Positions 1-9,870 of a stretch of 64,000 bases of DNA are shown piece by piece. Both the position numbers and the translations under genes were made by a program. The notes beneath the pieces are model-generated. The model was not told the origin of the DNA and made no database searches. It was given only the letters and a program-made list of their open reading frames with translations. The first letter of the stretch is position 1; each line of letters starts with the position of its first letter. Source of the DNA: Candidatus Thorarchaeota archaeon (GTDB taxonomy: Archaea > Asgardarchaeota > Thorarchaeia > Thorarchaeales > Thorarchaeaceae); assembly GCA_019057475.1 (NCBI GenBank), contig DXJO01000010.1, positions 320,001-384,000 on the forward strand, in the 5' to 3' direction.

Positions 1-92
1 AAAACGAGGGTCTTAACACCGTATCCTGACGCCCTGTTTGCTGTCATTAGGCCGGCAGGTCCAGTGCCTGCGATTATGAGATCGAACGTCAT
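1..92 (-). CDS. FAD/NAD(P)-dependent oxidoreductase (geranylgeranyl reductase-like), N-terminus only; runs off window
   Basis: Manual translation MTFDLIIAGTGPAGLMTANRASGYGVKTLVF has a GxGPAG Rossmann FAD motif; GCAGGAG SD upstream on the minus strand. Confidence 0.75.
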   Translation of the reverse strand, partial: MTFDLIIAGTGPAGLMTANRASGYGVKTLV

Positions 93-248
93 TGTATCAA
101 CTCCTGCTGAGTGAGCTCTAGCGATTGGGTGCTGACCGGTTGGATTACTCTATATCTGTTTCCCATATGACAATGATTTCTCCCCTTATGTCGCATGATT
201 TAATATGAGGTGCTGTATGGCCCTGAAGCACTCCAAGAAGTGTTCTTT

Positions 249-1088
249 ATGAAGGCCAGAATCCTCGCTTACGGCGCTTACATGATTCTATCGATTCTCA
301 TCAGTCTGATAGTTGCAGCTGTCCCGGCTATCTTCCTCTTCGCTTGGGCTTTCTGGAATATCGACTCGATACTCAACGGACTTGGCTGGCCTTTCATTAA
401 TATTCAGAGCGCCTTTCAAGGAACGTTCAACGCGAGCTTCCCAACAATCGTCTACACTCGGTTCTGGGGCATTATCTTCTTTATTCCCGTCGGTTTATTC
501 TGCTATGCATTATTCTTGGGCATTCTCATAGGCATGTTCAAGCTATCCCGCAGAGGCATTCCCCGTTTGGAAGACGGATATTACAAACAAGAAACCGAAG
601 ACTGGCTTCTGTATGAATTCGCTCAAGTCTATTACATCCTCATCCCCTACTTCGCTGGATTCTTCTCAATCTTCCTTGACACTTCGCCAAGGCATATGCT
701 GTTCGGAGCGAAGATAGGAAGAAACACTATCATTGGCAACGGTCGCATATTCAATCCCGAGAGGACTGTAATTGGAGAGAACTGCTTCTTTGGCTACGAT
801 GCCATTCTGAGCGGACACGTCTACGAGAGTGGCTGTCTGTACCTGAAGACAGTGAAGCTAGGCAACAATGTGACGGTCGGTTCGAACGCTGTCATTCTTG
901 CAGGTGCGGACATTGGGGACAATGTACTCATCGCGGCCACATCCGTGGTTCCCAAGGATAAAGTCGTTCCACCCAATACGATATGGGTCCGCGGAAAGGC
1001 GCTTCCAAGGAAGCCAGTTCCGTGTGAAGAAGCAGAAGCGTATGCAATCGGTAGCCCAACTGCGGGAGCCGTCACCGGCGAAGACTAG
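249..1088 (+). CDS. Membrane-bound hexapeptide-repeat (left-handed beta-helix) acyltransferase
   Basis: 2-3 hydrophobic segments, then GAKIGRNTIIG/VIGENCFFG/VKLGNNVTVG/ADIGDNVLIA hexapeptide repeats; ATG at 249 preferred. Confidence 0.8.
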   Translation: MKARILAYGAYMILSILISLIVAAVPAIFLFAWAFWNIDSILNGLGWPFINIQSAFQGTFNASFPTIVYTRFWGIIFFIPVGLFCYALFLGILIGMFKLSRRGIPRLEDGYYKQETEDWLLYEFAQVYYILIPYFAGFFSIFLDTSPRHMLFGAKIGRNTIIGNGRIFNPERTVIGENCFFGYDAILSGHVYESGCLYLKTVKLGNNVTVGSNAVILAGADIGDNVLIAATSVVPKDKVVPPNTIWVRGKALPRKPVPCEEAEAYAIGSPTAGAVTGED

Positions 1089-1179
1089 GCTCTTGGGATT
1101 GCTCTTAGACTGATGGTCCCGTTTTACGATTCCCTATTAAGGATGAGTTCTTAACGTCGACAGTGAATGAACTCTTGAG

Positions 1180-2619
1180 ATGTCGGGAGTCAAGCCAACA
1201 TACACTCCGCGTGGATATCAGACCTATATCCTCGACAGGATCAGCGACTTGCAGGGTACGAATCTTCTTCTCGAACTCGATTGCGGTCTTGGCAAGCGGT
1301 TCATAACCCACCAGCTTGTGGCAGAGCGATTTCCCGATACGAAATTCATCATCGTAGTTCATTCCTCTTCGTCACTGGCTGAAACGGTAGACTACCTCAG
1401 GAGCGAGTACGGCGGGCTCGAAGACGACCTAGGTGAGCTATCATCCAGAGTTCCGTCAGGCCAAAGGTCACTGGTGCTGAGAGAAAAGAGGGTAATTGTT
1501 GCAACCCCGCAGGTACTGGCAGGCATTGCACGAAAGAACCTGAGCCTTCTGGAGCCATTTGAAGCAATTCTAATTAACGAGGTCGACACTCTCATTAGAA
1601 GAACTAGCACGAGAACCGCACTCGTGTTTCCATGGAATGAGCTTCTAACGTTCCTCGGCGAGAAATGGCTGATTGGAATGAGCGGGACTCTCAGAGACGA
1701 CCATGCTGTCTTCACCGAGGAGCAGCTGGAGATCCGTGATGAGCTAGTAACGCTGAAGGAATACATTCCGAACTCAGAAGTCATAACAATGGAGGATCTG
1801 TACGATACTGACGTCAAAGAACATCTTGACCCCACATTCCTGTCTATTGCAGAGGTGAATGATCCCAAAATAAGATCAATCTCAATCGTGCTTGACGAGC
1901 TTGTACGCGATACGCGCATTGAGATTATGAACGAGCTCGCCGAGAGCGACAATCTTGACATCATTGCAGGCGACGCAAGGAGAGTGCATCTAATGTTGGA
2001 GCGTCTTCCAATTGATGATGAACTCAAGGGACGATACTCTGGGTTGCTCCTTTTACGCAAGTATGTCTATGCGATGCCTCCCAAGCAGTTCTTGCGAATG
2101 TTTCATGCGGACTATCTGAAACATTACTTCAATGTCACTCAACTCAGGCGTGCGCTTCCCACAGTTTCTGCAAAGGTCACGAGAGTACTTGAGGTCGCCG
2201 TGAAGCATCAAAAGACACTCGTCCTCACTTCCTACCTCAAGATGGTCATACAGTTGCGTGATGTACTGGAGAAGGCGGGATTGCCAGTGCTTACAATCAC
2301 TGGGGCCACTCGGAACAAGGGTGAAGTGTTGAAGGAGTTCAAGGAGAATGCTGACGTGCGCGCCTTAGTGATGTCCCCTGTTGGGGAGCGCGATCTTGAC
2401 ATCCCCCAAGCCGATGTGATGGTGGTCTGCGACACAATCAATACCAGCAAAACGATGTACCAGAAGTTCAAGAGAACAAGAGGTGGACTTGTCTTGCTTT
2501 TAGCTTACTCTGGCACATCTGAACTACGAAAGGTCAACCGGCTAATGCAGCGGATATTAAACCGATATCCATGGTCTACCGCGGTTATAGAGCCCGATGT
2601 GGGACAACTTGGAATATGA
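1180..2619 (+). CDS. SF2 helicase-like protein (Hef/FANCM/ERCC4-helicase-like), degenerate motifs, no nuclease domain
   Basis: PRGYQ Q-motif, LDCGLGKR (I), VATPQV (Ib), INEVD (II), MSGT (III), VGERDLDIPQAD (V), YQKFKRTRGG (VI). Confidence 0.7.
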   Translation: MSGVKPTYTPRGYQTYILDRISDLQGTNLLLELDCGLGKRFITHQLVAERFPDTKFIIVVHSSSSLAETVDYLRSEYGGLEDDLGELSSRVPSGQRSLVLREKRVIVATPQVLAGIARKNLSLLEPFEAILINEVDTLIRRTSTRTALVFPWNELLTFLGEKWLIGMSGTLRDDHAVFTEEQLEIRDELVTLKEYIPNSEVITMEDLYDTDVKEHLDPTFLSIAEVNDPKIRSISIVLDELVRDTRIEIMNELAESDNLDIIAGDARRVHLMLERLPIDDELKGRYSGLLLLRKYVYAMPPKQFLRMFHADYLKHYFNVTQLRRALPTVSAKVTRVLEVAVKHQKTLVLTSYLKMVIQLRDVLEKAGLPVLTITGATRNKGEVLKEFKENADVRALVMSPVGERDLDIPQADVMVVCDTINTSKTMYQKFKRTRGGLVLLLAYSGTSELRKVNRLMQRILNRYPWSTAVIEPDVGQLGI

Positions 2620-2712
2620 GCTCCCGCATAATACACTATCATTATAAGACTCGTTCAAAGAAAGGGCTCGTGAGCTACCTTGACAGATGAGGCCTCCAAT
2701 GGCATAAGGGAG

Positions 2713-3129
2713 ATGAACCTCAACGTTGGTGTCGACATCATCGACATAGACCGATTTAGAGGCGTCAAGCGTAAGGCGCCATTCATCGAGCGGACATATA
2801 CTCCAAGAGAGCTTGACTACTGCTATGGCTACAGCGACCCGGCCCCGCATCTAGCAACAACATTTGCAGGGAAGGAAGCTGTGGTCAAGTCGATTGGAAC
2901 GAAAACAGGCACCTCATTGAGATCCATTGAAATCCTCCGCAACGGTGATGGAGCTCCTTACGTTTGTGTGAACGGGGTTGAGAGCAACGAGATCAAGGTC
3001 AGCCTTTCGCATTCTAAGAACCATGCAGTTGCTGTTGCTGCAACAGTATCTTCACTATCCAAGTCTGGCAAAGAGTATATTCAGGATATTTTAAACAGCA
3101 ATGCACTAGAGCTGCTGCCAAACGAGTGA
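2713..3129 (+). CDS. acpS: Holo-[acyl-carrier-protein] synthase (4'-phosphopantetheinyl transferase)
   Basis: VGVDIIDIDRF, FAGKEAVVKS, GAP, VSLSHS motifs. Confidence 0.9.
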   Translation: MNLNVGVDIIDIDRFRGVKRKAPFIERTYTPRELDYCYGYSDPAPHLATTFAGKEAVVKSIGTKTGTSLRSIEILRNGDGAPYVCVNGVESNEIKVSLSHSKNHAVAVAATVSSLSKSGKEYIQDILNSNALELLPNE

Positions 3130-3135
3130 ACCGCG

Positions 3136-4968
3136 ATGAGTGGCACAGACGATCAAGTGGATGAGATTTTGAAGTCGGTGCGTGAGTCGCCAACATATCT
3201 TAGCTTCTGGAGCGCCTACAAGAGGATTCAACGCCTTTCACCTAAGCCATCGGAAAACGCAAGTCTGAGGGCTAGCATTGCGATAATTGGCTCATCCACA
3301 CTGGAACCGCTCGCCGCGTGTTTTGATGTCAAGATGCGACTGGAAGGATTCCACCCTCATACGTTCGTTGGCGGGTTCAACACCTACCACCAGGAAGCAA
3401 TGAATAAAACTTCAGAACTGTACAAAGCAGAGCCAAACATCATTGTACTTGCAGTGGATGCTTGGTCACTATTGGATCAGAAGTTCCTCTCCAATTATCC
3501 CCTGATGAGCAGCAAGAGTCGCAGTGCTGCAATAAAGGAGCTGGTGAACAGCATCACAGCAATAGCAGAGGTGCTGGAGAAGAACAGTGCAGCACTGATT
3601 CTTGTGAACAATTTCATTGTTCCCACGTTTTCTCCATTGGGCGTTGCCGACAACAAGCAGAAGCTTGGTTTCAAGAAGTTCTTCCGTCGAGCCAACCGGC
3701 TCTTGGAGGAAAAACTTGAGAGCGCTTCAAATGTCTTTGTTGTGGACCTAGATTCGGTTGCTTCCGACTTTGGCAAATCGCGTACTGTGAATTGGAACAC
3801 TTACTACAGAGGCTCTATTCCCTTCAGTGAGGAGTTCACGCCAATCGTTGCTGATGAGTACATGCGATACTTCCGTGCTCTCAAAGGTTTAACGAAGAAG
3901 TGCATCGTGCTCGATCTTGACAATACGCTCTGGGGCGGCATTATCGGTGAAGACGGCATTGAGGGAATCAAGCTTGGTCCAACTTCCCCCGGTTTAGAGT
4001 ATGTGGAGTTCCAGCGGGCATTGCTGAGCCTTTACAATAGGGGGGTCATCCTCGCCGTAAACAGCAAGAACAATTTCGACGATGCAATCAAGGTTCTACG
4101 AGAACATCCTCATCAGATTCTCAAAGAAGAGCACTTCGCGGCCCTGAGAATCAATTGGCAGAACAAAGTAGCGAACATTGCAGAACTGGCAAAGGAGATC
4201 AACATTGGTCTTGACAGTATCGTGTTCATCGATGATAATCCTGCAGAACGCGAGCAGATTAGACAGATCTATCCAGAGGTGATGGTCGTTGACCTTCCGA
4301 AGAACCCGCACCTCTACAGGGCCACACTAGAGAAGATAGACGTGTTTGATGTCCTATCACTCACCAAGGAGGACATGGCTCGTGGTGAGATGTACGTTGG
4401 TAAACGTAAGCGAGAAGAGCTGGAGCAGAGCTCCACATCCATCGAGGACTTCCTTAGAACGCTTGAACTCAAAGTGCAAGTGAAACTGACGGACGACTTT
4501 GATACACCCCGAGTAGTCCAGCTCCTCGGAAAGACAAACCAGTTTAACCTGACTACACGAAGGTACACCGATGCCGAAACCAAGAGCCTGAGGGATGCAG
4601 AGGAATCCGCAGTCTATAGCATGGCAGTTCAGGACAAGTTCGGCGATGAGGGAGTCGTTGGAGTCGCGATAGTCAGAAAGGAGAAAATGTCATGGATGGT
4701 GGATTCCTTCCTCATGAGTTGTCGAGTGATTGGGCGCTCTGTAGAAACCGCATTTCTAGCCAAGATCATTGCTGATGCCAAGACTGCCGGTGCCAAGCGC
4801 GTGATAGGAGAATACATACAAACCAAGAAGAACGCTCCCGCAGCTGATTTCTATGAACATCACGGATTCGCTAAACAGAAAGAGTCAGGTGACGGTGCAA
4901 TCTGGATGCTTGACCTCGCTCACGGTACAGTCGAAGTGCCGGACTGGATAGACCTCATTGAGGAGTGA
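3136..4968 (+). CDS. FkbH-like HAD-IIIC phosphatase/glyceryl-ACP transferase
   Basis: KCIVLDLDNTLWGG, SKNN, INWQNK, FIDDNPAE, KTNQFNLTTRRY, DKFGDEG, FLMSCRVIGR (acyl-accepting Cys). Confidence 0.9.
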   Translation: MSGTDDQVDEILKSVRESPTYLSFWSAYKRIQRLSPKPSENASLRASIAIIGSSTLEPLAACFDVKMRLEGFHPHTFVGGFNTYHQEAMNKTSELYKAEPNIIVLAVDAWSLLDQKFLSNYPLMSSKSRSAAIKELVNSITAIAEVLEKNSAALILVNNFIVPTFSPLGVADNKQKLGFKKFFRRANRLLEEKLESASNVFVVDLDSVASDFGKSRTVNWNTYYRGSIPFSEEFTPIVADEYMRYFRALKGLTKKCIVLDLDNTLWGGIIGEDGIEGIKLGPTSPGLEYVEFQRALLSLYNRGVILAVNSKNNFDDAIKVLREHPHQILKEEHFAALRINWQNKVANIAELAKEINIGLDSIVFIDDNPAEREQIRQIYPEVMVVDLPKNPHLYRATLEKIDVFDVLSLTKEDMARGEMYVGKRKREELEQSSTSIEDFLRTLELKVQVKLTDDFDTPRVVQLLGKTNQFNLTTRRYTDAETKSLRDAEESAVYSMAVQDKFGDEGVVGVAIVRKEKMSWMVDSFLMSCRVIGRSVETAFLAKIIADAKTAGAKRVIGEYIQTKKNAPAADFYEHHGFAKQKESGDGAIWMLDLAHGTVEVPDWIDLIEE

Positions 4969-4972
4969 CGCG

Positions 4973-5212
4973 ATGACAGACGCTGAAGATACCCTTACGG
5001 AGATAATCTCCAAGGCCCTCCTTCTAGACAAGAGTGAATTGACAGATGACCTGAAGCGAGGCGATTATGAGCCCTGGGACTCGATGGCACATCTTACTCT
5101 GATAAGCGAGATTGAAAACGAGTTTGGCATATTCTTTGAGGATGACGAAGTCGTTGACATCTGGACAGTTGCCGATATTCGAAGTCTGCTCTCAAAGAAA
5201 ATTTCCAGCTAG
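4973..5212 (+). CDS. Acyl carrier protein
   Basis: 79-aa acidic protein with WDSMAH phosphopantetheine Ser motif, EIENEFGI and TVAD; directly after FkbH. Confidence 0.88.
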   Translation: MTDAEDTLTEIISKALLLDKSELTDDLKRGDYEPWDSMAHLTLISEIENEFGIFFEDDEVVDIWTVADIRSLLSKKISS

Positions 5213-5655
5213 TCCTTCTTCGATTCCAACCTCTGAACTGCCCTTGCGGGATTGCCTGCAACTAATGTTAATGGTGGCACATCTCTATGCACAACAGCCC
5301 CCGCTGCAACGATTGCTCCCTCTCCAACAGTTACACCAGGCAAGATGATCGCGCCACTGGCCACCCAGGCTCCCTTCTTGATGGTGATTTTCTTTGGTCC
5401 TCCATGGTAGATCTTCGCTCTCTGAAGGTATGGGCTCGAGCCGGAATGAGCCATTAGCTTTGCCCCTGGACCAATTGCAGCCCAATCCTCAATCTCGATG
5501 TACTCTGGATACTCGCTGTCAATCATGACCATATAGCCGATGAAGACGCCTTTTCCCACCTTGACACCGCACTTCCTGAGCACTGATGCACGGAACTGGT
5601 AGACGGGTGCCAACCAAGCTATAATTCTCAGTAGCCTGCCGATTGTTTTGCCCAT
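5209..5655 (-). CDS. Hexapeptide-repeat O-acetyl/acyltransferase (maltose O-acetyltransferase-like)
   Basis: GVKVGKGVFIG; ILPGVTVGEGAIVAAGAVVHRDVPPLTLVAGNPA. Confidence 0.85.
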   Translation of the reverse strand: MGKTIGRLLRIIAWLAPVYQFRASVLRKCGVKVGKGVFIGYMVMIDSEYPEYIEIEDWAAIGPGAKLMAHSGSSPYLQRAKIYHGGPKKITIKKGAWVASGAIILPGVTVGEGAIVAAGAVVHRDVPPLTLVAGNPARAVQRLESKKD

Positions 5656-5656
5656 G

Positions 5657-6589
5657 TCAATCTACACTTCCTTTTCGGTTGGCTGAGTCCATCCTTCGCC
5701 ACAGATATCTCCTTAGGTAGTCTGCGAAAACCCAGTTATCAATGTCACCTGTAAGCAGTAAACAGAAGGTTGCATCCCCTTTCCACTTGCCATGCTTCTT
5801 CCAATACGTTACGGCATCTGCCGGGTTTGGACACCAACCTCCCAGTTCCGCAGTGTATCCCATCACAGTTCTCAGAGCACCTATGAACTTAGACTGCCCA
5901 ATCCTAATTGGATGCAGATCGAACATAACAACGCCTCCGCTGGTGGAAGCATTCTTGATCTCACGCTTGAGCTGAGTAGCTACAGCTTCAGGTCCCATTC
6001 CATGACCATCAATCATTTTGTCGTCGCTCCAGATATTGAGCGGGATGTATGTGGTGCTTGACATCTTACCGTTCAGTTCCACATTGAAGAAGTGGTCTTT
6101 CTCTCGGTGTTCTGGCCTGTATCCGAATCCGCCGTCCCAAATGAAATCGAGGCGTTCAATCAATTCAGGCATATCATCAGTGTAGTTGTCATAGGGTGCC
6201 CTAAATCCCCTGATTTCGATACCCATCTTCCTGTAGACTTGGAGGCTCAGCATCAGGTCCTTTTTCCGTTCACTTGACGTCAATGTCGGATAACGGAGAT
6301 GGTTGTAGCCATGACTTGCTACTTCGTGGCCTTCAGCGACTATCTGTCGTACCAACTCTGGGCGCATTTTGGCAACTGCAGCCACGGTTGGAAAGCAGAA
6401 GTGCCCGTTGTGGTCGTCAAGCGCATCGAAGATGTTGCTGAGAATGTCGTCGAAGGGCACACGATGAAGACCATACATGCGGAGGAACTGCCTTGGAGCT
6501 CGTGTTCCCCATCGCTTTCTAAGCTGGCTGATGTACCGCATGCTCAAGTCAGGGACCTCAGATGCATGGTTCAGCTGGTTCGCTTTCAT
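5657..6589 (-). CDS. Polysaccharide deacetylase family protein (NodB/CE4)
   Basis: GHEVASHGYNH metal motif, GFRAPY, DLHP; acidic TGDID motif is C-terminal (apparently permuted). Confidence 0.8.
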   Translation of the reverse strand: MKANQLNHASEVPDLSMRYISQLRKRWGTRAPRQFLRMYGLHRVPFDDILSNIFDALDDHNGHFCFPTVAAVAKMRPELVRQIVAEGHEVASHGYNHLRYPTLTSSERKKDLMLSLQVYRKMGIEIRGFRAPYDNYTDDMPELIERLDFIWDGGFGYRPEHREKDHFFNVELNGKMSSTTYIPLNIWSDDKMIDGHGMGPEAVATQLKREIKNASTSGGVVMFDLHPIRIGQSKFIGALRTVMGYTAELGGWCPNPADAVTYWKKHGKWKGDATFCLLLTGDIDNWVFADYLRRYLWRRMDSANRKGSVD

Positions 6590-6609
6590 AAGAGTTGTGC
6601 CGCACTAGC

Positions 6610-7530
6610 CTACGATCCCGTAACAAATGTTCTGCCAATCAAGTCAAAGAGCGGCTTTACGAACTGAGGTTCATACTTCGCTTGGACGTGTCTGCACAAC
6701 TTAACAAACTCCTCGAGTCGTGATTCAGCATCTTCTACGGTGCCCAGTATCTTTCTTGATCTCTTTACGATGTTTCGCACTCTGCCTTTGGCTTTCTTAT
6801 GCTCACCCAGGATACCCGCTGAGTCCTGTTCAATCCGTTGAATCTGACTCTTTAAGCGAATGTCTGCGATGTCATCACTGCCCAGCGATTTCACCATGTC
6901 CATCAGAACATCAAGAAGACCATTGTGAAGTCCTACCATTAGTGCCTCTATCTCATAGGCTGTGAATTTTACATCGTTTCCATCGTAGTTCAGCATCCAC
7001 TTCAGGTCACTGCTTCTTGTGACGCCCAGCTTTTTCTTCCCAATCACAATCGGTTCCAAGAAGAACCTGCTATCGACGCTATTCTGAATAGATGTCCTGA
7101 TTAATGCCGCTTCAGGCAAGGTTAGTGACAAAGATTTCCCGCCATTCTTAACAACCAAACAGACACCCGCCACAGGGGCTATTTTCTGAACATATTTCGA
7201 GGGCGGAGTAACCTCGACAGGAGGCAGGTTGTTTAGCATATCAGCAAGCTCACGCACCTCGCTCTCAGTGAGGAAGTAGGTCTGACCATCACCAGAAACT
7301 GTGATCGTGCCATCTTCGTCTCGCTCAAAGTCTATGCGATTTCCTCCTCCCACATCTGTAGTCTTCTTGTAGGTCTGCTTGTAATTTCGTGCAGTCTGTG
7401 CGAGCTTCTCAAGCGCAGCCGCAATCATATGAGCCTCTCCGTAACCGAGAGTGATCTCAGCACGTCCTTCTGTGCCTTTGCCTATTCCTACTGCTCCATC
7501 TTTGCGAATCTTTACATACAACGGGACCAA
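6610..7530 (-). CDS. Hypothetical protein with four beta-rich/helix repeats (PC4/PUR-like?) and a helical C-terminus
   Basis: 306-aa ORF; repeated hxL/FTxxEhxxL helix-start motif. Confidence 0.65.
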   Translation of the reverse strand: MVPLYVKIRKDGAVGIGKGTEGRAEITLGYGEAHMIAAALEKLAQTARNYKQTYKKTTDVGGGNRIDFERDEDGTITVSGDGQTYFLTESEVRELADMLNNLPPVEVTPPSKYVQKIAPVAGVCLVVKNGGKSLSLTLPEAALIRTSIQNSVDSRFFLEPIVIGKKKLGVTRSSDLKWMLNYDGNDVKFTAYEIEALMVGLHNGLLDVLMDMVKSLGSDDIADIRLKSQIQRIEQDSAGILGEHKKAKGRVRNIVKRSRKILGTVEDAESRLEEFVKLCRHVQAKYEPQFVKPLFDLIGRTFVTGS

Positions 7531-7631
7531 CCACCGCCCCTTACTGGTGGTGCAATGCTGAAAACTATTGTGGGGGTGGCCACCATGGCGCTTAAGTAGA
7601 GCGCTTCACATCAGGGCCTAGGTGGCATCAA

Positions 7632-9212
7632 TTGCGCAGGTCAATTAGTTTCTCCATCGCGTTTGTTCTCTTTCTGCTTCCCCTATTGCTGGGTCTTGTG
7701 GAAACGACAACTCCGAATCCGGCTGTATCTCTTGAGGGGTCATTCACTGAGGCAGCTCCCGCTCATTTCGTCAGGGGCCCCACTGTGAACTTGGTGACAA
7801 ACAGCTCGGCTCTGATCTTCTGGAGAACAGATGTACCCATGAACTCCACAGTAGACTACGGGTTGGAGGAATCGAACCCCAACCTAACTGTAAGTAACAG
7901 CACCGTTGTTGGGGACCACCGAATAACACTGACCGGTCTCGCTATGGGGTCCAAATACTACTATCAAGTGACATCTAATGGCACTGCCAGTGACGAGTAC
8001 CATTTCAGGACGGCTCCTGCGGATGGAGCTGAGTTCAAGATGATTGTGTTTGGCGATAACCGACCAGACACAGACACGGCACCAGTACAACCTCAGGAGT
8101 ATAGTGATCTTGTTGACTTGGTAATCGCAGAGGAACCACACATCGTGATAATGACCGGCGATTACGTGCTGATAGTCACTGAGAGCCACAGCTACAATCT
8201 TGACGCTTGGGAGCGTTTCACAAACATCACTGACCGACTTGGTCACTATGCACCAATCTACGGTGTGCTTGGCAATCATGATACAAGCGCCTACACCGGT
8301 ACTTTGCGTCTAGAGTACTTCTTTGATGCCTTTGAGATGTATAGCGAACCCTCACCCTACTCCTCCTTTGACTATGCTGGTGTCCATTTCACACTTCTCA
8401 ACTCCGAGGAGCAATACAACAATGGGCGCATAACTGGTACGCAGTACGACTGGCTGGTTGACGATTTGACCAATACATCGAGGAGCATGAAATTCGTATT
8501 TGCTCACCAGCCGCTCTATCCGTTGCAGCACATAAACAGTGCATTAGATAGGAATATGACCGAGATGATCCGACTTCAGCAGCTCTTTGAGGACATGAAT
8601 GTCACTCTCTTCGCCGCTGGACATGACCACCTCTTCAATAGATTGACGGTCAATGGTGTTGTTCACATAATTGCAGGCGGTGGCGGTGCACCGCTGTATC
8701 ACACTCCGTGGGGTGGTGCCTTCTTCCATTACCTCAAGGTTGACGTCAGTTCAGGCCAAGTGGACTTCACTGCCATTGATCTCTCGAGCGTTACAAGAGA
8801 ACAGTACCAGCTGCCCTACGATGGACCCATCGAGATTGAAGCTAGATTCCTCGCCAACAACACCTTGCAGAGGAACGGAACTCTGCCTATATTCTACTTC
8901 AGTGAGATTCCAGATGAGGTGCTCTACTCTTGGGATGGTGGCTCAAACTCTACAACTCTTACTGGGTTCCCAGACGAGCCTGATGCACACACTCTAGACG
9001 TGTATGCTAACGATTCTGAAGGTTCATGGAGCCATGAGCGATTCGTGTTCAACACGTACAATCCCGATTGGCCAACTCCTACAACGTCGACCAGCACTAC
9101 CGACACCGAAAGCCCTCCCCCTCCAATGGACGTCGTGTTAATCTTGGGCATCGTGGGCGTGGTTTCAGCCGTTGTAGTGGTTATTATCCTCATGCGGTTT
9201 AAACGGAAATAG
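7632..9212 (+). CDS. Secreted, membrane-anchored purple acid phosphatase-family metallophosphoesterase with FN3-like domain
   Basis: Signal peptide; FGDNR, TGDY, LGNHD, FAHQP, AGHDH motifs; Thr/Pro linker, C-terminal TM and RFKRK tail. Confidence 0.88.
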   Translation: MRRSISFSIAFVLFLLPLLLGLVETTTPNPAVSLEGSFTEAAPAHFVRGPTVNLVTNSSALIFWRTDVPMNSTVDYGLEESNPNLTVSNSTVVGDHRITLTGLAMGSKYYYQVTSNGTASDEYHFRTAPADGAEFKMIVFGDNRPDTDTAPVQPQEYSDLVDLVIAEEPHIVIMTGDYVLIVTESHSYNLDAWERFTNITDRLGHYAPIYGVLGNHDTSAYTGTLRLEYFFDAFEMYSEPSPYSSFDYAGVHFTLLNSEEQYNNGRITGTQYDWLVDDLTNTSRSMKFVFAHQPLYPLQHINSALDRNMTEMIRLQQLFEDMNVTLFAAGHDHLFNRLTVNGVVHIIAGGGGAPLYHTPWGGAFFHYLKVDVSSGQVDFTAIDLSSVTREQYQLPYDGPIEIEARFLANNTLQRNGTLPIFYFSEIPDEVLYSWDGGSNSTTLTGFPDEPDAHTLDVYANDSEGSWSHERFVFNTYNPDWPTPTTSTSTTDTESPPPPMDVVLILGIVGVVSAVVVVIILMRFKRK

Positions 9213-9266
9213 CTGGCCGTGTATCGCTCAATCTGGGACTAACAGTTTCGGATGAGAAAACGATAA

Positions 9267-9291
9267 TGCAGAAGGTCACAGACCCTCTGCA
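9267..9291. terminator. Hairpin between convergent genes
   Basis: TGCAGAagGTC-aca-GACccTCTGCA just past the stop of 9303..9662. Confidence 0.4.
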
Positions 9292-9302
9292 AATGCATGA
9301 AT

Positions 9303-9662
9303 CTAGATTGCGTCTTTGACATCGAAGGCTAGTCTACCTGCCTCTTTGGTCACAAGCGCGATATCGATTGTGTGCTCTCCTTCAGGAAGAGAATCGGCTT
9401 TGATGTGTAGTGCAATCTCTACACCGACTTTGAGGGGCATAGCACTATCTTCACTGACATCTGTTGCCTTGTACTCGGAGTCCTCTATTTTGACCGTTAG
9501 TGAGTCTAGCGGATATTCAGTACCGTTCACCTTGATAGGTTCCATTGCGGTCACAGTACCTGGCGACAACGTGTTCTTGATTTTGAACACAAAGCCGTCG
9601 TCAACGTTCTCGAGACTACCCTTAAGGTAGAGCTTTCTTAGAAGAAATGTGGGAATCTGCAT
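9303..9662 (-). CDS. Conserved-looking small beta-rich hypothetical protein
   Basis: 119 aa, IPTFLLRKLYLKGSLEN N-terminus; TATAAA box upstream on the minus strand. Confidence 0.7.
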   Translation of the reverse strand: MQIPTFLLRKLYLKGSLENVDDGFVFKIKNTLSPGTVTAMEPIKVNGTEYPLDSLTVKIEDSEYKATDVSEDSAMPLKVGVEIALHIKADSLPEGEHTIDIALVTKEAGRLAFDVKDAI

Positions 9663-9870
9663 GATTGTCTAACCCCGTTGAGGTTCTGATTCTGGTCGAA
9701 TTGGAACGAGCCATTTATAGCTTTTGAACTGCCTTGACGGACGGCAATGTTTCTCAAAGCTGGTGAAGAGCTACCTGAATAGGGTCACAATGAATCTATG
9801 ATTCCAGCAAAGGTAATAAGCGAAAAAGGAGTCGAACACACAACCACTAGACGCCTTAGGAGAGTTTCAC

